Position numbers and translations under genes: made by a program | The notes under the pieces: generated by a model | What the model was told of the DNA's origin: nothing | What the model saw: the letters and a program-made list of their open reading frames with translations, nothing else | Database searches by the model: none | In this document: piece by piece, positions 1 to 12,674 of the stretch | How the letters are laid out: every line of letters begins with the position of its first letter | Position numbering within the stretch: the stretch's first letter is position 1 | NCBI GenBank assembly: GCA_013239625.1 | Contig: MU053561.1 | Span: 5,129,214 to 5,193,213, forward strand | DNA: 64,000 bases | Source: Lama guanicoe | Taxonomy: Eukaryota | Reading direction: 5' to 3'

Positions 1-415
1 AGAGCCAAACTAAAGGCCATTCATTCCTTCCTTCTCAAGGTATGGTGGGTAAAAGGGCAGAAGACAGATAACAGTGTTGAAGCTCTCCTGAGGCTACACC
101 AAGAGCTTTTATCACACTAGGCTGGCAAAGAAGAATCATGGGATCTGACTCCTTACAGAGCCACACTGAACATCAGAGTCAAACAGTGCTTCAGCAAATG
201 TTCGGGAGGAAAACAATGAGACATTAAAGATGTAGCAAGAACACAGCCACAAGATGGCACATGCTTCCATGCCCTCTGCAAAGACTAAGTTAAAATATTT
301 TTTGTGAAAAATGAGAAAACCAGAAGAAAACAGAACAAAAACAAACAGGAAAAAGTAAAAAAAGAAAGAAACCAAAGAAACTCCGTTAGTAACACAATCA
401 AGTGAGGGGAATTAC

Positions 416-550
416 CAGTACAGCGGCAGTCTGTTCAACCAGCGCCGGCCGGCCGGCTGCGCAGCTCAGAGTAAAGGGCACCGCATACTGCGGTGTGATG
501 GTGGCTACTTGAGGGTGGAGAGTTGCTACCATTAGTGGTGTACAGCTTCC
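416..550 (-). CDS. HIPK1: HIPK1 exon 10 ([26 protein letters not shown]...TAAVL); later exons lie outside the window
   Basis: atttcag|GGAAGC ... GTACTG|gtaatt; 135 nt, phase 0-0. Confidence 0.93.
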
Positions 551-1483
551 CTGAAATGTAGATTAGGCAGGTGAGTGAAACAAACACAAAGGCAGGTTAT
601 CTGGATTCAGAAGGGTTTTCATCCCCCACCCAGTTATTACCACAATAAGCAATGTAACTTCGTATCACTTAAAATGCATGTACAAACACAACTTTACCCT
701 TCAACTCCACACAGCATTGGCCCACTAGGTCAAATATCAATGGCCCAAAGCAAAAAAGTATAGGAATCCTTCTTGGGTCAGATTCAGAGGATCAGTTCTA
801 CAAAACGCAATTAACAAAGGCATGTATTAAAGAGTTCTTCCTCTTCCCACTCATGAAATAAGAGTTTTGGATTTCAGAATTTCCTATGTGTCATGGGCCA
901 TGCATTTATACACAGAATTAAAAATACAGTATTTGTTGCTTCTATGAATATTTCATGATTTTCTTGATCATCTTAGTTGCATTTTCCATGGCAGGTATAA
1001 AGTTTTAAAGCTTTCTACAGCCTAGTAAGGAATGACGGAATGTTAACACATGAAGAGGCATCCTGATATGAACCAGCCTCTCAACCGTGATGAAATCCTG
1101 AAAGAGTGAGCAAAAGGGACACTAAGAAAGCAAAGGGGGAACCTTTCATTTTTAGAATCAGAGTGTTGTTACATGTGTACTGTTCCTTTAAAAGCATCCA
1201 GATAAAAAATTAACTGCATCCCACAAAATTAGAGTAAATATACTCAGAAGACAATTTCTCAAAGTGGGTATCTATCCCTCCAAGTCTAAGGAAGACACTG
1301 GCAGAGTTGCGATAGTGTTAGGAATAAGTACATCATTCCATTATAGATGTTTTATTTTAAGCCCACTGAATCATGACCAAGAAAGATCCTACAGCTAAAG
1401 CAGATGTCACTTTCCAGGACAAAATATCTGACTGTCAATAGTGCTTCAGCACTACTGAGTATTCAAGGAGCTCTGGCTTTTAC

Positions 1484-1605
1484 CTGTGTAAGAACTCCCG
1501 ACTGTATCTGCAGTGGCTGAGCAGCGGGTGCCTGGGGTACAATTGGCACAGCATTATCCACCCTCACAGGGAATCCAGAATGCTTTGTTGTTGCCTGAAG
1601 TCCAG
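1484..1605 (-). CDS. HIPK1: HIPK1 exon 9 ([27 protein letters not shown]...VLTQ)
   Basis: ttttacag|CTGGAC ... ACACAG|gtaaaa; 122 nt. Confidence 0.95.
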
Positions 1606-3399
1606 CTGTAAAAGCAACACCACAGTTACACTGCTTTGCTAGGTCTGGAGGTACTGCTTGTTTGGGGGTTTTTTGGTTTGTTTTCAGCTTTCTGGTTCAA
1701 ATAATCCATCAACCAGGTTTTAGTTCTAGACACTTAAAGGAGTTTCACAGAAGTCTAGGGAGTTAAGATGCTTGATACAAGGAGGGCTAATTTCAGGAAA
1801 TTCTAAATTTTTTTTTAATCCAACAAAGCTTAAAACATAATGCTCATCCCATTCCCATTAACAGAAGAGGCCAAAACTAACAAACCCCTCCAGTTCATAA
1901 GCTACATTCATCTTTTAATCTACTAAAGAAAAAAAAAAACTTAAGCATTTAAAAAATGTCATCTATTAAAAGCAAAGAGTTAAATATAATTATAACTTTT
2001 GGTTAATGAGATAAGAAAAATTATGAGAAGTTCAATAATTTATTATCTGAGTTGCCCTTTTGTTTAGAATATTTAAGGGGATGTTTTACCCTGCTCCTGA
2101 AAAAATATAACTTGGTTCACAAATAAGTCATATATTTTATTTTTAACCAGAATGTGAACTGAAAGAACTATGCCTAGAATAAACATATTTAAAATGTAGA
2201 CACTGTGATTTACAGAAACACTTTTTTGTACTTATTTTAGAAATCTGCTAGTCATTGACAGCTTTCTAAGAAGGCTCTTTTGTAGCTAACGGGCAGCTAG
2301 GAAAATTAAGAACTTTCTCCTGCCTTTAAAATAGTGACCATATCTTCATTATCTTTTTATTCATTATCACAAATGCTGAACATTTCCTACGATTAGGAAT
2401 ATCTCACTCTGGGGAAAAGAGGAGCTCAGATAGTTCTCCCTTTTGCTAAGACTTGAGAAGAGAGCCTTCAAAGCTTTCTTTTAAATCTACCTGATCAAAA
2501 CTTTCGGTGTAGAGAATTTAAATTTCTATTATGCCTCTGGTTCACTAATGCCTACAGTTCTGTGAAGATGGGATACAACCATTTTAATTAGACTGCTCCT
2601 TCAGTGACACTTTCTAGGCTATCGCCAACTAATTTCTCTGAATATTACTAAGGTGGTATTAAATGAGCATAACTCATAAACTCTAATACTGTTGTTTTCA
2701 GCAAGTTAAATTACTGAAATGGAAAACTGGAAGACTTGAGTAATTTAGCAACTAATTGTCATATAGGAAAACATAATCTAGAAATGTACAAAGTAAGAGA
2801 GACTAGTAAAATCAGAATTAAGACACCAATAGCTTTTTTTTAAAGTGCTACTTATATAACAATAAAAAGTAACAAATTCAGACATCCAGATGAAAACATT
2901 TGCCAGCTATTCTTCCTAAGGCAACGCTATCTAGTTAGAAAGCTAACTAACATCAAAATTCTTGCCTATATTCCCAGGACATATGGCTAACTACAAGACA
3001 ACACTATTGTAACAGCCTCCTATAAATTGGTAGGAACTGAGGAGGCAAAATTTAGGAGGAAATATTCACTACAGAAGCTCATCTTTGTGTCCCAGGGTGA
3101 TGAAGTAAAAGACAAAATTACAGAATAATAGTTTCCACTGAGCAAAATGTGTATCTATTTTGGTCAATTTAAACAGTGTAGAAAGTATATTGCACTGACC
3201 TACAAATGTGATTCCAAATAAGATTACTATTGTAATTTAGGCTAAGCCATAGCAGTCAAGCTAGTTTAATGCTAGTTTAAAGCTAGCTTCTTCAGGGAAC
3301 CCCAAACGGAAACAAAGAGTTAACAAAAGGCAACATTTCAGGGAAGCACTTCAGGGAAAGCTCTCCCTGACCCCTGAACTAAGGATTAAAGTTTTCCTC

Positions 3400-3554
3400 T
3401 AATTTGTTTCGTTTTGTTTGTTTTTGCTTTGTTTTCGGGGGGGGGGTGGTAATTAGGTTTATTTACTCATTTATTTTTTCAGTGGAGATACTGGGGCTTG
3501 AACCCAGGACCACGTGATGCTAAGCACGTGCTCTACCGCTGAGCTATCCCCTCC
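3400..3554 (-). mobile_element. tRNA-Ala-derived SINE (camelid Vic-1-like)
   Basis: Reverse complement reads ggaggggatagctcagcggtagagcacgtgcttagc...gggttcaagccccagtatctcca, with A and B boxes and an AT-rich tail. Confidence 0.85.
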
Positions 3555-5569
3555 TTGCTGAAGTTTTCATTTGTTTTGTTCTTTGTTTTTATTGAACATG
3601 GCCCTTTAAATAGAAAACGAGGAAAGTATGAAAAGAAAAGTAAAACTGAATGGATGAGGGTCTATTCTCCTCTAAGTACAGGCATCTTATAAAAGAGCAG
3701 CCAGTTAAAGAAAAACAGGCAACCTGGAATAGAGGACTGCTGGGCAGAAACCAGCATATGGTTGTGGCTGGCAAATCAACTGACAACTTTTTACAGCTAT
3801 TTGAGTTTAAATACTGAAAGGCAGCACAGAGTAATACTTCAAAATATATAAGCTATGAACCCCACTGCCTGGGTTCAAATCGTGGGTCTACCACTAACTA
3901 GTCACAAAAACAGTGGGCAGATGAGGGAATCGTGATCAATTTTCTCATCTATAAAGTAGGCATAATGGCATTATCCACTACCCAGGGCTGTTTGTGAGGA
4001 TGAATTAACACATGTAAAGGCACTCAGAACATTATCTGGCATGTAGTAATACATATCAGTTTTCATCACTGTCATCACTTTAATTTAAAAACTTCCTTTC
4101 ATTTGGAAAATTTAAAAATTTGCTCTATCTAGCTCTTCTCAGGGATTTAGCCCTCCTAAATAGGAAAAAAAATATCCAGAGCTTATATTTACCTAATTAT
4201 AGCAAAAGGGGTTATACCACTTTCCCCCTCTACGTCTTTGGTTTACATTTTGTTTTGTTTAAGGAACAAAAAAGTTCATCTGCCTCATCTCTTAAATATC
4301 ATCTGAGAAGAAGCAGAAAACTTCAGAGTCCCACATCTAAAAACTTCCAATGAAGCTCACTTTGGGAAAGGTGAAGGGGAGGGAGCGGCTATTTGCTAAG
4401 TTCAGTACAAGAATCACTCAACAAATAACAACCCAAAGTGTAGAATTTACTATTACAAAGTATACGCAGAAAATAATTTGGTAAGTTAGCTAAATTTGCA
4501 TTTACGGGTTTTGAATCTGCTCCTCCGCTCTCCCTGTGGTTTCTCCCTGGTTTACATCGCTATTGCTCTCCTGTCCTCCCGGTAATCTCTCAGTCTCCCC
4601 TAGCCCCTCTTTTCCTTCTGCTTGCTCCGACTCTGTCAGAAACCAAACAAAGAAAAGAGTCACAGTCAGTAAGTAACTGAAGTAAAAAGATAAAAATGCT
4701 AACTACTTCTATGTAAAGTGCTATGAGAAGCCTGAATTCTGGTTTATTCCCACAGGGCACTGACATTGACTTTCTTCTGGGAAAGTCAAGACAGCATCAG
4801 AATATATCCTTAAAACAATTTATTTAACCTTTTAAAAGGCTCTCCAGATCAATAAACACAGAACAACAATGAGAAAATGAGGAAGGATGAGTATGTGAAA
4901 AATTAAAATCTTATTGCAACACAGTGGGTCAGAGCCTCCTTCCTTCTTCAGCTGTTCTGTTTCTCTGTTGATAGGAATTTGCAGCAACAATACAATTCAA
5001 GCTGAAGCAGATTACCTTAATGCCTTTCCCACACAAATACCTCAGCTTGTAGAATTTTTCAGTTCAATAAATAATAATCTTTACTTCTGAATGTAACTTA
5101 AGAGGTTTCTACATTCTTAAACATGATTTTTACATTTTTGAAGAAAATTACCTTTCATTTGGACCATTAATTTTATTTTATAATGGAATGACAGAGGAAA
5201 TAAGATTCAGTATATAGTAGTTCTGTTTACAGTTTTTTCAAGATGTATATACTCTGTATATTGAAAGCTACATGTTTATACTAGATAGAGAATATGGGTA
5301 CAAGGTCTCATTGGGCAAGAAAACTGTTATCAGGTAGTTCAAATAAGGAAATGTTCATTGAACTTCTATGTGTTAGACAGTATCAATAATTAGATAAATA
5401 ACCAATGTAAAAAAGGTGAACCTACTTTGTTAGCTTCAGTTATCTTCATAATCAAAGACTGAGTTTAAACTTGTCAAAGATCAAAACTAAGCAACCAGAT
5501 AATTAGGATCTGCCTAAAAGCAGGCAGGTCTGATACACTACCATATGATATAGGAGTTTCCCCACTTAC

Positions 5570-5795
5570 TTTGAAAAGCAGGTGGACATACTATAAATGT
5601 TTGTTGGAATGGATCTGTCTGAGTGCAAATCTGGGTGGTTCCAGGCTGCAAAGAAACACCCTGCTGGGCAACTCCAGGCACTGGTGCTGCAGATGATGGG
5701 TACAAAGCCGACTGGTAGTTTAGCAGTGAGACATCTGAATTAGCCAGAGAAAGAGTAGCAGCTGCTGCAGTAGAACTGGAAGCTAGAACACTGGC
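5570..5795 (-). CDS. HIPK1: HIPK1 exon 8 ([20 protein letters not shown]...CPPAFQ)
   Basis: tttcag|GCCAGT ... TTTCAAA|gtaagt; 226 nt; ends in phase 1. Confidence 0.95.
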
Positions 5796-6219
5796 CTGAA
5801 AACAAAATCATTATAGCTGTATACTGGTATAAACACTTTTATATATACAGAATCAATCCAGAAAAACTAAGAACAAAGTTTGAAAATGTAATGTTAACTG
5901 TCTTTAAAATAACTCTCTGCTTAGGAAATTTTCCCTATCTCTAAATTTAAGGCAGCTTATAAAGTTGAATAAGAACAAAGAATAAAAAACAGTCCTGTTC
6001 TGGTTGAGGCTACGTAAATAACTCCCTACCTCTTCTTTTTTTGCAAAAAGTTGCTAGATGTGAGATCCCACCAAATCTCCTATGTTCTTCTGTTCAAAAA
6101 GAAGACCTCACTAAGAAATTAGGAAACTTACATCTTCAGAAACAAACTTAAATGTAAATATCACTGACAAACAAATGCAAAACCACTCAAAGTTACTTAT
6201 TGGAAACACCCAACAGAAT

Positions 6220-6357
6220 TCAAAGAAACAAAGAGAAGATTAGTGGTTGCCAGGGCCGGGGCAGGGTGGGAGATGGCAGGGAAGGTGGTCAAAGGGTACA
6301 AACTTCCAGTTACCAGATGAGTAAGTTCTGAGGATCTAATACACAGCACGGAAAAAA
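6220..6357 (+). mobile_element. LINE-1 3'UTR fragment
   Basis: agattagtggttgccaggg...gggtacaaacttccagtta...gttctgaggatctaat resembles L1MA 3' ends. Confidence 0.65.
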
Positions 6358-6690
6358 ATGCTGGGAACACCTTTTAATACATGTAATACGAACTATCTAA
6401 CAAAGAGAGAATCATCTGCCTGAAGTCAGTAAAACCAACAGCAGTAACTAGTACAAAAGTCAGGTTCCATCTATTTGACTATGCTAAGACAATGAGGGCA
6501 TGGATTAGGCCGTTGTGTTTAATTTCTGTCAGCACATGACTGGTAGGTATTATCAGTCTGAAAATTCTTAAGGAACAATACCACCAAAGCAAGACTGGTT
6601 TCTTTACCTCCATACTCTTTCTTACTCCACACTCTATCACTAGTTCCCATCCCACTTAGGTCTGAGTTTCCAAAATCATTTACTGATTAC

Positions 6691-6853
6691 CTGGTTGTGC
6701 ACTGTATTGAGTTGGTTGCTGAAGCTCATAGTTAGATTTGTGCTTGTATTTGGGGCAACGTGTGTGGTGAAGGGACTCTTGATCTGACTCACTGTATCAT
6801 ACATGTGAACCCTCCGTTTGCAGATCTCCATGTTCTGAAAACAAGACTTGACA
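6691..6853 (-). CDS. HIPK1: HIPK1 exon 7 ([14 protein letters not shown]...TVHNQ)
   Basis: ttttcag|TGTCAAG ... AACCAG|gtaatc; 163 nt. Confidence 0.96.
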
Positions 6854-7165
6854 CTGAAAAAAGAGATTAAAGATGCACTGAAATAAATGCTGAGACTTAA
6901 ACAGATAGCAAATAACTCAAGACAAATATGTATCAACATTTCCCCCTAAGTACTTTCAGAAAATGAATCAAGAGTTTTTATAACCATAAAGAGGAAAACT
7001 ACACATCTAATTTTTAATCTCATGATTTTTCAATTAGAAAGAAAACCATCAGTGAGCCAAATATGCAAATGCCAAAGCCACTGCTCATGTGATACTTCCA
7101 TTTAGCTGTAAGATGGTAACTCAACAGAGAACCAAATCATGGTAAAATGCCCCAGACCATACTCA

Positions 7166-7381
<216 letters not shown>

Positions 7382-7822
7382 TCATCACTTAACCTTTAAA
7401 GCTGACACTTAACATCTGCACTATATATAAATATATTAATAAAATATCACACATACATACACACACACACATACACATCTCTCAAGAGAAAAACCTGAGG
7501 AAGTTTTTTCACAAATGGAAGCTCTTCTTACTGTTTAAGTAAAAGCTTCAATTTGGTACAGTTTGTTGGTAGCATAAAGCTGAATAAATTCTTTTCATTC
7601 AAAGTTTGGATCAAAGACGTTAAGCCAAAGTAACTTATTATTTTTATATAAGTTTCTATTGCTGAGATTAAATGACAAAATATGTGTTTAACTAGAGTTT
7701 GGAACAAAAGCACTCAATAAATGTTTGCTCTTATGTAAATATTTATTTAGTAGAGAAAATGGACAGGAAAGAAACGTTCATAAACAATACTGCAAAATAC
7801 TGACATGCAACAAGACTAGTGA

Positions 7823-8298
7823 TATAACGGAGCAGGACCCTATGGGGCCTTCCTGGGATAGACCCCTCCCTCAAATCTTCTCTGAAGGACCTAGATAACA
7901 GTATCCCATGCACATTTCCTGAGTTGTTTTACAGATGCTAAAACCCCCACCAAATGGAAAATGTTAACTATCTGATGACCATGAGCATGTAGCCCCCAGA
8001 CCTACTGGTGCCCAAGGATAATTTAATCCCTGTGAAATCGTCCTGTTACCTCACCATCAACCAATCAGAGAATTGTGCACAGCTGATCACATACCCTTGG
8101 AAGTCCCTCCCCCTCACAGTGCCTTTAAAAATGCTTCCCTGAAACCCATGGGAGCTCAGGCGTTTTGAGCTCTAGCTGCCCTGCACTCCTCGCTTGGTGC
8201 CCTGCAGTAAACGCTGCACTTTCCCTCACCACAACCCGGTGTCACTAGACTGGCTTTACTGAGCTCAAGCGAGCTGACCCAAGTTTGGTTTGGTAACA
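7823..8298 (+). mobile_element. Solo endogenous retrovirus LTR (ERV1-like), antisense to HIPK1 in intron 5
   Basis: Ends TATAAC...GGTAACA (degenerate TG...CA); 4-bp flanks gtga/gtta; internal CCAAT at 8061, TTTAAAA at about 8124 and AGTAAA at about 8206, in U3-R-U5 order. Confidence 0.75.
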
Positions 8299-8481
8299 GT
8301 TAAGCAAAAGCAAAAGAGAAATATATCATTCTAAAAATATCCTTTGCTAGGATTCAAACATTCTTTTAATACATGGCAGAATATTAATGCATCTTTTTCT
8401 GTAAAAAATGAAAACATATACTGGAAGATAACAGACTGAATCTATCTTTAATATAACCAAACAAAAATATATCTCTGATTA

Positions 8482-8613
<132 letters not shown>

Positions 8614-9401
8614 CTATAAAATACAGATTTTTTTTAAGTTATAGCTGTATGTTATTTTCACATCTTATTCTAAGTTAAATCCAGAATACAAAGAAACAAG
8701 TGTCATCACCTTGCCAACCAGAGATCATACACATGAAAATAATTTACAACCAGAACATCTTCCACTAGAAATAGGACCTTGCTATCTGGCCACATTTTCA
8801 ACAGTGATAAAATAAATGTGTAAGCAATGATGTAAGAAACGACATTATCATTTTTCTCTTAAAGCTACTTTCGAATGAAATGATATCTCAAATTGTAATT
8901 ATTCAATAGGCTTAGAGTCCGAGTAACTCATAAGGTTAATCAAATTACTCAGACATCTCTCAAAGTGAAAGAAAGTAAAAAGTAGGTATTTCTTTCAAAA
9001 AAATATGTAAGGTCTTAATGTCGGCAGTTATGAATTTATGTTGTTTTGGCATCGTTATTGAGAATTCTCTTAAAAAACAAAAAGCCACTACTAAATTACT
9101 CTAGTTCTTTCCATTGCTTAATGATAAGCACTACTCTCCTTATCCCCTCCTCAGCCGCTGATTCAAACACATAAAACAACCCCAGCCAACTCAACTGGCA
9201 CTTAATGTTTTGTTTTTAAAGTAAGTATAAGACCAAATGGGTACAATTAAATAATTTCTCAAAGTATTTCCTCCTGCAAATATACATTCCCACTGCCCCC
9301 TCACCCACCCTTTGCTCTACTCCACCTCAAGAATTTAACTAAACTTTGAATTCGAATTGGGATTAAGGAGTACAGGAATGAGAAGCATAGTAGGGGAGTC
9401 A

Positions 9402-9572
<171 letters not shown>

Positions 9573-10156
9573 TTATTAAAAACTTTTACACTAAAACATT
9601 ACTGGCTATAGCCAAGAAAAGAAAGGTACCGAAAAGAAATTAACTATTTGATCAACACAAATAAAATTTATCCGTAAATATACATGCTAACCCACTCACA
9701 GGCAACTGCCAAATATTTATTCAGTAACTGCTTTGTTACTATACCTGTTATTTTCAAAGAAAACTCAGTTTTGAAAATTTCCTGTGTGATCTTTTTTGTT
9801 TTTGTGTAAGACTTCTGATACAAAGTTCAGAAAACTTTAAGAGATTTTAAGGACAGAACAGTTTCCAACAAACTAATTCATGGCTTACCAAGAATTTGTT
9901 TGTTTGTTGATGTATTACCAAATTTAGATTAGGAAAAAAATTCCATAAACTTCTTTCTTACTTGGCTACTCTAAATCTTGTCAATTGTCCTTACTGTAAA
10001 TTGCCACTGAGCTTCTCTCTCATACCATAAAATTAAGCACTTAATTTAGTTTCTCTATCCCCACATCAATAATGAGCAGGTACTTTTTTCATTTACTCAA
10101 TAGGTTCTATGTTTATTCACTCAACATTTTTTGAACATATACTATGAACTAGGCCA

Positions 10157-10745
10157 GCAGTTCCCAAAGTGTGATCTGGGGAACCCTGGGTGGGGGGTCC
10201 AAGATCCTTTCAGGGAATCTTTAAAATATAAACTATTTTCATAATAATAAATACTAAGAAATTATTCACCTTTTCATGTCTTTCTCATGGGTGTATAGCA
10301 GAGATTTCCAGAGGTGATGTGTGATGATGTCTCATTGCTCTGAGGGCTAACGAGACATGTGATTTATATATTCTTGTGTTTTAAAAATTTCTCAGTTGTA
10401 TCGTTCACATTTTTGTTTGCTTTCACAATTCTCCCTACCCGAAAAAGCAATTTGCTTCTTTCCTGACCTACTGAAAGCAATATAAGAGGTAATTTTTTTT
10501 TTACCATTCCCCATTCCATATATGAATGGCTATATTTAACGATGAAATTAGAGAAAAAGAAACTTGTAAGCAAGGAAATCTCACTTCCTACCCCACCTCT
10601 CAAAAAACTTGTTTTAATTTCTAATGCAATATATATTAATAGATACAAACTATATAAAGAGTTCTTTGGGGTCCTTAACAATTTTTAAGAATGTAAAGCA
10701 GAGGTCAGCAAACTATGGCCTACAGGTCAAGTCTGGCCTTCTGTC
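10157..10745. mobile_element. hAT/Charlie-type DNA transposon remnants
   Basis: cagcagttcccaaagtgtg and cagaggtcagcaaactatggcc termini typical of Charlie-derived MER elements. Confidence 0.55.
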
Positions 10746-12019
10746 ACAAGATAGTTTGCGGTAACAGCAGGATATTACTCTTAATCTGTGGAAGCTACAT
10801 AACTGGAAACCAAAATACAGCATTAGCAAAATAGAAAAAAAATTTTAACATGGATAAGAACATTTTCAATGTGAACTCCTTTTGCATACAAAAAGGGTGA
10901 AATATTATTTAGAATCCAGGATAAAATATGTACAATGAAATACTATGCAGATATTTTAAATGATAGGGTAGAAGTACATTTATTGACATGTAAAGAAAGA
11001 TTATTTCATGATATACAAGTGAAAAAGTAGATTACAAATTAAATATAACCTCACTTAAAAAAATTATATTTCACTGATTCTAAGAGGCATGTTTTTCACA
11101 TTAACATCTTTGAAATCAGGATATGTTTTATGACTGATGGCCATGATAAATCATGGTTTAACTGGCAACATTCTTAGAAGTACCAAAAAAAAAAAAAAGA
11201 TGCATCTTTCAATCAATGGTGTCTTACATTTGATGAGACAGTGTCTATGCTCCTCTGTATCTGTAAGTTTATATTTGAAACGTAACTATATGTAGCACAT
11301 ATTCATTCATTCTTTCAGTTAGTACTTATTGAGCCAGGCAGTGGTGGTTTTAAAAACAGACATGGTTCCTGCTCTCATACACCTTGCAGTCAAGTGAGGG
11401 AGACAGACACAATGCATAATTCAAACTGCACTGGCATCCTAAAAACAACAACGACAAAAAAATACACCGGCTTCTATAAAACACATAACAAAGGAACCTG
11501 ACCTGTACTGGAGACTGGTGAGGAAAAGCTCCTCGAAGAAGTGACACTTTAGCTAATAAATGAGCAAGGATTGACTAAATGAAATAAATGGGTGGTACAA
11601 AAGCATTCCAGACTAAGAGAACAGTATGTGTAAGGGCCTGTGCTGGAAGGAGACATTCTTAACCAGTACTAAAATGATGCCAATGGGGCTAGAGCATGAA
11701 AAGCAAGAAGAAATGGGGTTAAAATCAATGTAGAAAGGGAGAGAGGAAGGGGAGGAACAACACATGTAGGGGCTCAGAGGCCATATTAAGAATTTAGCCC
11801 TTTATTCTAAGTGAGGGGAAACCATCGAAGAGCAAGGGAGTAGCCTGATCAAACTTGTGTTCTGAAAAAAAAAAAAAAATCACTCTGGAAAAAAGACTGG
11901 AGGGAGGCCAGAGTACATACAGGGAGACTGTCCATAGCCCAGGTAAGTGAGGGTAACAGCAGTAGGAAAAAGTGACTATAATCAAGGGGCACTAGGACAT
12001 AATGGTCAAGAGGTATATG

Positions 12020-12021
<2 letters not shown>

Positions 12022-12056
<35 letters not shown>
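12022..12056. repeat. (CA)n microsatellite
   Basis: Read directly. Confidence 0.95.
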
Positions 12057-12059
<3 letters not shown>

Positions 12060-12674
12060 GTAAAACTACATTTTCTTTCATAGACTTTATCTCAATTTTA
12101 CTATATAACTATTTATGTGATTATTTACTGAATGTCTTTTTTCCATCACCAAACTATAGCCTCCATGAGGACAAGGAAAATGTTTACTCAGCACCATATC
12201 GCCAGTGTCCAGAGTATCTAGCACAAAGTAGATACTCAATAAAGAAAATTAACAAATTATATGTGTAAAAAATTATAAAACATACCAAAATGTAACAGGT
12301 TACCTGTGAGCAGTAGAACTACTAAAGGTTAAAATTTTTCTCTTGGCATCTTTTCTAATTTTTCTACAATGATGCACTTATAAAGTTAAAGCATTAGAAA
12401 TGTTTATTACTATAGAATTAAAGAGCTTCACTGTGAAAACAGAATGGGAAGCTATCATCCATATACTGCTTTTCATACAGTTTAAAACAAAACAGCAAAA
12501 ACCCCACATTTACACAAACAGGAAGTATTACTGTCATTCGTTATTTTAAACAATTTAAATGTTTCCAACAAAGTTGAAGCCGTTAACAAATATCTAGAGA
12601 GGGTACACAAATTTGACTTCAAGACACAAACATCTGCTGTAAAATCTCAGCTATAGCATTTATGAAAAATCCAT

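Noticed and set aside
6450..6560. Possible poison exon in HIPK1 intron 7 (ttttcag|ACTGATAAT... with an in-frame TAA)
   Set aside because: The acceptor is plausible, but I found no convincing donor or poly(A) signal and cannot support it from sequence alone.
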